From: an uncultured Gemmatimonadaceae bacterium
Lineage (GTDB): Bacteria; Gemmatimonadota; Gemmatimonadetes; Gemmatimonadales; GWC2-71-9
Assembly: GCA_964571795.1 (NCBI GenBank)
Contig: CAZNDK010000003.1
Coordinates: forward strand, 74,644-138,643
Direction: 5' to 3'
Length of the DNA stretch: 64,000 nt
Numbering within the stretch: the stretch's first letter is position 1; the number at the start of each line of letters is the position of its first letter. The notes under the pieces are model-generated. The model was not told where the DNA came from. It ran no database searches and was given only the letters and a program-made list of their open reading frames with translations. Made by a program: the position numbers and the translations under genes. Of the stretch, positions 59,027 through 64,000 are shown in pieces.

Positions 59027-59393
59027 GCCGCTGCGCGGCGTCGTGGTCTGTCACGGAGGGCTCGCCTCGGCGCTGGTGGACGCCGTCGAGCAGATCACCG
59101 GACTGACCGGGCGCCTGGTCCCCATCAGCAACACCGATTGCGATCGCGACGGTCTCGAGCAGCGGATCGCCGACACGATCGCCGGCCGGCCGGCCGTGGT
59201 GTTCGTGGACATGCCGAGCGGGTCCTGCCTGTTCGCCGCCCTGCACCGGCTCCGGAACGAGCCGCACGTGAAGGTCGTCACCGGCGTCAACCTTGCCATG
59301 CTGATCGACTTCGTCTTCCACCCCGACGAACCGCCCACCGAGGCCGCGGCCCGGGCGGTCGCGACCGGGGAGCGGGCCATCAAGACGCCCTGA
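59019..59393 (+). CDS. PTS EIIA component, mannose/fructose/sorbose family
   Basis: GVVVCHGGLASAL (active-site His context) and VFVDMPSGSC. 124 aa. Confidence 0.8.
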   Translation: MSEPLRGVVVCHGGLASALVDAVEQITGLTGRLVPISNTDCDRDGLEQRIADTIAGRPAVVFVDMPSGSCLFAALHRLRNEPHVKVVTGVNLAMLIDFVFHPDEPPTEAAARAVATGERAIKTP

Positions 59394-59866
59394 TGCCCAT
59401 TCGCCTCTGCAGGATCGACGATCGCCTGATCCACGGCCAGGTCGTGCTGGGGTGGGCCCGGGCGCTGGGCATCGGCGACATCGTGCTGGTGGACGACGAC
59501 GTGGCCGCGAGCGCCTGGGAACAGGATCTCTACCGGATGGCGGTACCCCCGGAATTGCAGGTCGAGTTCGTGGGCACCGCCGAGGCGCGCCGCCGGCTCG
59601 CCGAATGGGAGGCGGGTTCCACGGCCGTCCTCATCCTGACGGGCAAGGTGGACACGATGGCCCGGTTGCTGGACGGCGTGGCCCATCCGCCGCCGGTCAA
59701 CCTCGGCGGGATTCACCATCGCGCCGGCCGGATCGAGCGGCTGCCGTACGTATACCTGACGGACGAGGAACTGCAGGAACTTCGGCGCCTCGAGGAGGCC
59801 GGGGTGCAGGTCACTGCCCAGGACGTGCCGAGCGCCGGGGCCGTCGAACTGGGCAGCTTGCCATGA
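59393..59866 (+). CDS. PTS EIIB component, mannose/fructose/sorbose family
   Basis: N-terminal RIDDRLIHGQV (phospho-His motif of EIIB-Man). TGATG junction. Confidence 0.85.
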   Translation: MPIRLCRIDDRLIHGQVVLGWARALGIGDIVLVDDDVAASAWEQDLYRMAVPPELQVEFVGTAEARRRLAEWEAGSTAVLILTGKVDTMARLLDGVAHPPPVNLGGIHHRAGRIERLPYVYLTDEELQELRRLEEAGVQVTAQDVPSAGAVELGSLP

Positions 59867-60552
59867 GCACCCTGCCGCTGCCCGTCATCGGAATCCTCCT
59901 CCTGCTCTGGGGGACCATCGTCGGCCTGGACCTCGTCAGCGTACCGCAGGCGCTGCTCTCCCGGCCGCTGGTGGCCGCCTCGGTCGCCGGCTGGTTGGTC
60001 GGCGACCTCAACACCGGACTCCGGGTGGGCGCGGTGCTTGAGCTCTTTGCGCTCGACGTGCTTCCGGTCGGCGCCAGCCGATACCCGGAGTACGGCCCCG
60101 CCGCCGTCGGGGCCGCGCTGACCGCCGCGTCGTTGCCACCGCGCATCGGCATCGGGGTCGGCGTGCTGCTTGGACTCGCGGTGGCGATTCTCGCCGGGTG
60201 GTCGCTTGGCTGGCTGCGGCACGCCAACGCACGGCACGTCCACCGGCTGGCCGCCGGGGTCAACAGCGGCTCGGTGCGCGCGATCCGAACCCTTCAATGG
60301 GCTGGGCTCGGTCGGGATCTGTTCCGGAGCGCCACCATGACCCTGGTCGCCATGGCGCTCGCGTATGGGTCGTTCGTCCTCGGCTCCCTGGTGTGGCGGT
60401 TCCCCACGTTGGTTACGGAGGCGCTGATCGGCGTCGGGCTCGCGGCCGCGCTGTCTGGTGCGATGCGCACCGCCGGGCAGGGAAGGCGCCTGGCGTGGAT
60501 GGGCGTGGGCGTGGCCGTTGGACTCGTGGTCGCCCTGGCGGTGCCGGCATGA
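59863..60552 (+). CDS. PTS EIIC component, mannose family (short)
   Basis: Polytopic 229-aa protein (GTIVGLDLVSVPQALLSRPLVAASVAGWLVGD) in the canonical IIC position. ATGA overlap. Confidence 0.7.
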   Translation: MSTLPLPVIGILLLLWGTIVGLDLVSVPQALLSRPLVAASVAGWLVGDLNTGLRVGAVLELFALDVLPVGASRYPEYGPAAVGAALTAASLPPRIGIGVGVLLGLAVAILAGWSLGWLRHANARHVHRLAAGVNSGSVRAIRTLQWAGLGRDLFRSATMTLVAMALAYGSFVLGSLVWRFPTLVTEALIGVGLAAALSGAMRTAGQGRRLAWMGVGVAVGLVVALAVPA

Positions 60553-61283
60553 AGGGCCGGGGACGTGCGTTCCTGCGGCTCCTGGCCGTCCAGGGCGCCT
60601 GGAGCTACGAGCGGATGACCGGCATCGGCATGGGATACGCTGCCGAGCCCCTTCTCAGCGACCTCGAGGCCGAATCGCCGGAGCGACATCGCGAGGCGAC
60701 CGCGCGCTCGGCCGAATACTTCAATTGTCATCCGTACCTGGCTGGCCTCGCGCTGGGCGCGACGGTCCGCGCGGAGCACGAGGGCGTCCCTGGCGCGCAG
60801 ATCCAGCGGTTGCGCACCGCGCTCTGCAGCCCGCTCGGTGCGCTTGGCGACCAGGTGTTCTGGGCGGGCCTGGTCCCGATCATCATGTCCCTCGCCCTGG
60901 TGGCCATTGCCCTCGGCGGAGGCGGGATCGTCCTGGCCGTTGCCTTGGTGGCGTACAATGTCGTCCGGGTGCTCGTCAGCCGGTGGGCACTCTCGACCGG
61001 TCTCGGAACCGGCATGCAGGTCGGCACCGCCATTTCCGGCTCCTGGCTGCCGCGCACGGCAGCCCGGATCGCCGCGCCGGCGGGATTCGTGGCCGGCTTG
61101 GCCGTGCCGCTGGTCGGCGCGTGGCTCCTGGCCTGGGTGGCGCCGCACACGACCGTCGTGGCCATCGCGAGCGCCCTGGCGGCCCTCGCGCTGTTCCGCT
61201 GGGGCGGCTCCCGCTGGACCTCGCCCCGCGTGGCGCTCCTGTTCGCGGTGGTCGCCTTCCTCTGGACGAGGGTCGTGCCGTGA
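60549..61283 (+). CDS. PTS EIID component, mannose family (short)
   Basis: FLRLLAVQGAWSYERMTGIGMGYA and FNCHPYLAGLALG match the EIID-Man N-terminal pattern. C-terminal TM helices follow. ATGA overlap. Confidence 0.75.
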   Translation: MKGRGRAFLRLLAVQGAWSYERMTGIGMGYAAEPLLSDLEAESPERHREATARSAEYFNCHPYLAGLALGATVRAEHEGVPGAQIQRLRTALCSPLGALGDQVFWAGLVPIIMSLALVAIALGGGGIVLAVALVAYNVVRVLVSRWALSTGLGTGMQVGTAISGSWLPRTAARIAAPAGFVAGLAVPLVGAWLLAWVAPHTTVVAIASALAALALFRWGGSRWTSPRVALLFAVVAFLWTRVVP

Positions 61284-61546
61284 TCGAACGCGAAGCGACC
61301 ATCGTCAACCCGCTTGGCATGCACGCCCGGCCCGCGGCCCGCCTCGTCAAGCTGGCGGCATCGTTCCAGTCGCACATCGAGATCGTCAAGGACGGCCTCT
61401 CGATCAACGGCAAGAGCATCATGGGGGTCATGATGCTGGCCGCCGAATGCGGCAGCTCCATCACGCTCCGCGCCGAAGGCCCCGACGCGGAAGCCGCGCT
61501 GGCCGCGCTGGCCGCGCTGGTGGCGGAAGGGTTTGGCGAATCGTGA
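61280..61546 (+). CDS. ptsH: Phosphocarrier protein HPr
   Basis: 88 aa with His15 context NPLGMHARPAA and Ser46 context INGKSIMGVMML. GTGA overlap. Confidence 0.9.
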   Translation: MIEREATIVNPLGMHARPAARLVKLAASFQSHIEIVKDGLSINGKSIMGVMMLAAECGSSITLRAEGPDAEAALAALAALVAEGFGES

Positions 61547-63348
61547 GTAGCGATCGGCTCCTCCAGGGCATCGGCGTCTCGCCGGGAGTCGGGTTCGCCC
61601 CGGCCATGGTGGTGCACTGGGGCTTCCCGGAGGTCCCCGACCGCACGGTCGAGGAAACCGAGATCGACGGCGAGGTGCGCCGCCTCCACGGCGCCGTGCA
61701 GGAGGCGGTCGAGGGGCTGGAGGCGCTCCGCGAGCGGGTCCTCCAGCGCGCCGGCGTCGAGGAGTCGCGGATCTTCGAGGCCCAGATCCTGATGGTCCAG
61801 GACTCCGACTTCCTGGCCGGGGTCGAGACGCTGATCCGGAACAACCAGTTGAGCGCGGAAACCGCCTACGAGTTCAAGGCGCTTGAGCTGCGCAACCTGT
61901 GGGCGAGTTCGGGGAGCGCGCAGCTCCGCGAGCGGCTGACCGACCTCACGGCCATCCAGCGGCGGGTCGTGCTCAAGCTGATGGGCGGGTCGGAGCGCGA
62001 GCCCTGGTCCGGGGCGCTGGACGAACAGGTCATCGTCGTGGCGCACGAGCTCTCGCCCGGGCTCACGGTGCAGCTGGACCGCGAGCACGTGGTGGGGCTG
62101 CTGAGCGAGGAAGGGACGCGGACGTCACACGCCGCCATCCTGGCGCACTCGCTGGGCATCCCGGCGGTGATGGGCGTGACCGGCGCCCTGCAGCGGGTGC
62201 GCGACGGCCAGATGCTGCTCCTCGACGGGCGCACCGGCGTCGTCATCCTCGACCCCACGCGGAACGAGCTCGACGCGGCCAAGACCCGCCTGCACCGGCG
62301 GCACCGGCTCGAGCTGAAGCTCGAGGCCGGCCTCACCGCGCCGGCAGTCACCCCGGACGGCCGCGCGATGACCCTGCGTGGCAACGTGGACCTGCCCGAG
62401 GAGATCGAGCCTGCGGTCCGGCACGGGGCGCAGGGAGTCGGGCTCCTGCGGACCGAGTTCCTGCTGACCGGCCGGGCGGTGGTGCCCTCCGAGTTCGAGC
62501 AGGCCGACTACTTCCGCCGGGTGGCGCAGGCCTTCCCAGGCCAGCCCATCGTGGTGCGCACCTTCGACCTGGGGGGCGACAAGTTTCCCGCCGCCTTCGA
62601 CGCCCCGCACGAGGCGAATCCCTTCCTCGGCTGGCGGTCGATCCGGGTCTGCCTCGATCACCCGGAGATCTTCCGGCCCCAGCTGCGCGCGCTGCTCCGG
62701 GCGGCCGTGGGGCGCGACCTCCGCATCATGCTCCCGCTCATCACGCGGGTGGAGGAGGTCCTGCAGGTGCGGGCCATGCTGGACGAGGAGCGCGCCGCGC
62801 TCGCCCGCGCCGGCGAGGAGCTGCCTGGACGCGTGCCGCTCGGCGTCATGATCGAGACGCCGGCAGCGGTGATCCTGGCCGACCGGCTGGCGGCGGTGTC
62901 GGACTTCTTCAGCGTCGGCACCAACGACCTGACGCAGTACACGCTCGTGGTGGACCGGGGCAACGCGCGGCTGGCGGAGCGGTTCACCACCGAGCACCCC
63001 GCTATCCTGCGGCAGCTTCGCACCGTGCACGCGGCGGCGGCAGCGGCCGGCATCCCCGTCAGCATCTGCGGCGAGATGGCGTCGGAACCGCTGTCGGCGG
63101 TGTTGCTGATGGGGCTTGGGTTCGTGGAATTGAGCGTGGCGCCTCCCGCCCTGCCGCTCCTCAAGCTCGTCGTGCGGAGCGTACCGGCCAGCGTGGCCGA
63201 GGAGGCGGCGCGGCGCTCACTGGACGCGGGCGATTCCGCCGCGGTGCGCGACATCCTGCGCGTCGCCGTCGGGGGCCACCTCGACCTGGGCCTCATCGAC
63301 CCGGCCGGTGCGTTGCCTGCCTCCAACCCGGCCGCTAGCTTTCCTTGA
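61543..63348 (+). CDS. ptsI: Phosphoenolpyruvate-protein phosphotransferase (PTS Enzyme I)
   Basis: GIGVSPGV, phospho-His motif [24 protein letters not shown]-utilizing motifs GLLRTEFL and [11 protein letters not shown], and CGEMAS. Confidence 0.92.
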   Translation: MSSDRLLQGIGVSPGVGFAPAMVVHWGFPEVPDRTVEETEIDGEVRRLHGAVQEAVEGLEALRERVLQRAGVEESRIFEAQILMVQDSDFLAGVETLIRNNQLSAETAYEFKALELRNLWASSGSAQLRERLTDLTAIQRRVVLKLMGGSEREPWSGALDEQVIVVAHELSPGLTVQLDREHVVGLLSEEGTRTSHAAILAHSLGIPAVMGVTGALQRVRDGQMLLLDGRTGVVILDPTRNELDAAKTRLHRRHRLELKLEAGLTAPAVTPDGRAMTLRGNVDLPEEIEPAVRHGAQGVGLLRTEFLLTGRAVVPSEFEQADYFRRVAQAFPGQPIVVRTFDLGGDKFPAAFDAPHEANPFLGWRSIRVCLDHPEIFRPQLRALLRAAVGRDLRIMLPLITRVEEVLQVRAMLDEERAALARAGEELPGRVPLGVMIETPAAVILADRLAAVSDFFSVGTNDLTQYTLVVDRGNARLAERFTTEHPAILRQLRTVHAAAAAAGIPVSICGEMASEPLSAVLLMGLGFVELSVAPPALPLLKLVVRSVPASVAEEAARRSLDAGDSAAVRDILRVAVGGHLDLGLIDPAGALPASNPAASFP

Positions 63349-63382
63349 TTCGACGCTTTCGTCCTCCTCAACCGGTTCTGCG

Positions 63383-64000
63383 ATGACTGCCAAGCGCGCC
63401 CATCCCAAGCGGTACCTCTTCACCTCCGAGTCCGTGACCGAAGGCCACCCCGACAAGGTGGCCGACCAGATCTCCGATGCCGTGCTCGACGCGATCCTCG
63501 CCGAGGACGCCAACGGCCGGGTGGCGTGCGAGACCATGGTCTCGACCGGCATGGTCATGGTGTCCGGGGAAATCACCACCAAGACCTACGTGGACATCCC
63601 GGGGATCGTGCGGAACACCGTCGAGCGGATCGGCTACAACGACGCCACCTACGGGTTCGACGCGCACCACTGCGCGGTGCTCTCGTCGATCGGCCGCCAG
63701 TCGGCGGACATCGCGATGGGCGTCGACGAGGTGGGCGGCAAGGAACAGGGGGCCGGCGACCAGGGCATGATGTTCGGGTATGCCACCCGCGAAACCCGCG
63801 AGCGGATGCCGCTGCCGATCATCCTGGCCCACCGGATCGCCGAACGGCTGGCCGATGTCCGGAAGGGCAACAAGGGCCTCGACCAGCTCGAGTGGCTGCG
63901 ACCCGACGGCAAGTCCCAGGTGTCGGTGGAGTACGAGGGCGACCGGCCGGTCGCCGTGCGGACCGTCGTCGTCTCGACCCAGCATGCCGAGCGCCATGCG
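63383..64000 (+). CDS. metK: S-adenosylmethionine synthase (3' end outside window)
   Basis: I translated this by eye from ATG 63383: [68 protein letters not shown]. The frame is open to the window end, so it is absent from the ORF track. Confidence 0.9.
   Translation, partial: MTAKRAHPKRYLFTSESVTEGHPDKVADQISDAVLDAILAEDANGRVACETMVSTGMVMVSGEITTKTYVDIPGIVRNTVERIGYNDATYGFDAHHCAVLSSIGRQSADIAMGVDEVGGKEQGAGDQGMMFGYATRETRERMPLPIILAHRIAERLADVRKGNKGLDQLEWLRPDGKSQVSVEYEGDRPVAVRTVVVSTQHAERHA

Noticed and set aside
63349-63382. A SAM riboswitch upstream of metK.
   Set aside because: The spacer is only 34 nt, which leaves no room for an aptamer.

Overview
This is a very GC-rich bacterial chromosomal window that is almost wall-to-wall coding. 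I call about 65 CDS and 2 tRNAs; every gene is on the + strand except mazG. I found no rRNA, CRISPR array, IS element, integrase or prophage signature. Layout: (i) 1-10.4 kb is one tightly coupled gene string. It joins an MglB/MglA small-GTPase polarity module with extra Roadblock/LC7 and TPR proteins, an unusual tandem DnaA/Hda-like AAA+ protein, a PATAN(DUF4388)-TPR protein, and a chemotaxis adaptation set (cheR, cheD, cheB, two cheW). No cheA, MCP or cheY is visible. (ii) 10.3-13.6 kb holds an MA-type metallopeptidase-like protein, a small membrane protein, tRNA-Val, a secreted TPR protein and tRNA-Asp with an intrinsic terminator. (iii) 13.6-30.0 kb is a dcw cluster: rsmH-ftsL-ftsI-murE-murF-mraY-murD-ftsW-murG-murC-ftsQ-ftsA-ftsZ plus a coupled M23 peptidase. 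(iv) 30-57.7 kb is housekeeping: ftsY, recG, asnS, mazG, alr, deoB, cdd, a lipoprotein/OM-barrel pair, miaB, comFB, comEC, fbp, an acyl-CoA mutase catalytic subunit, a zinc-ribbon protein, argS, a PfkB kinase, purM, ribD-E-BA-H, nusB and a GT4 glycosyltransferase. (v) 57.7-63.3 kb is hpf-hprK-EIIA-EIIB-EIIC-EIID(Man family)-ptsH-ptsI, followed by the 5' part of metK. The best candidate for something undescribed is the mglA-coupled tandem DnaA-like ATPase and the Mgl+Che supra-operon around it. All calls rest on reading the supplied translations for family motifs and on start/stop geometry; no database search was possible. My guess at taxon (Gemmatimonadota-like or another FCB-related Gram-negative) is unverified.
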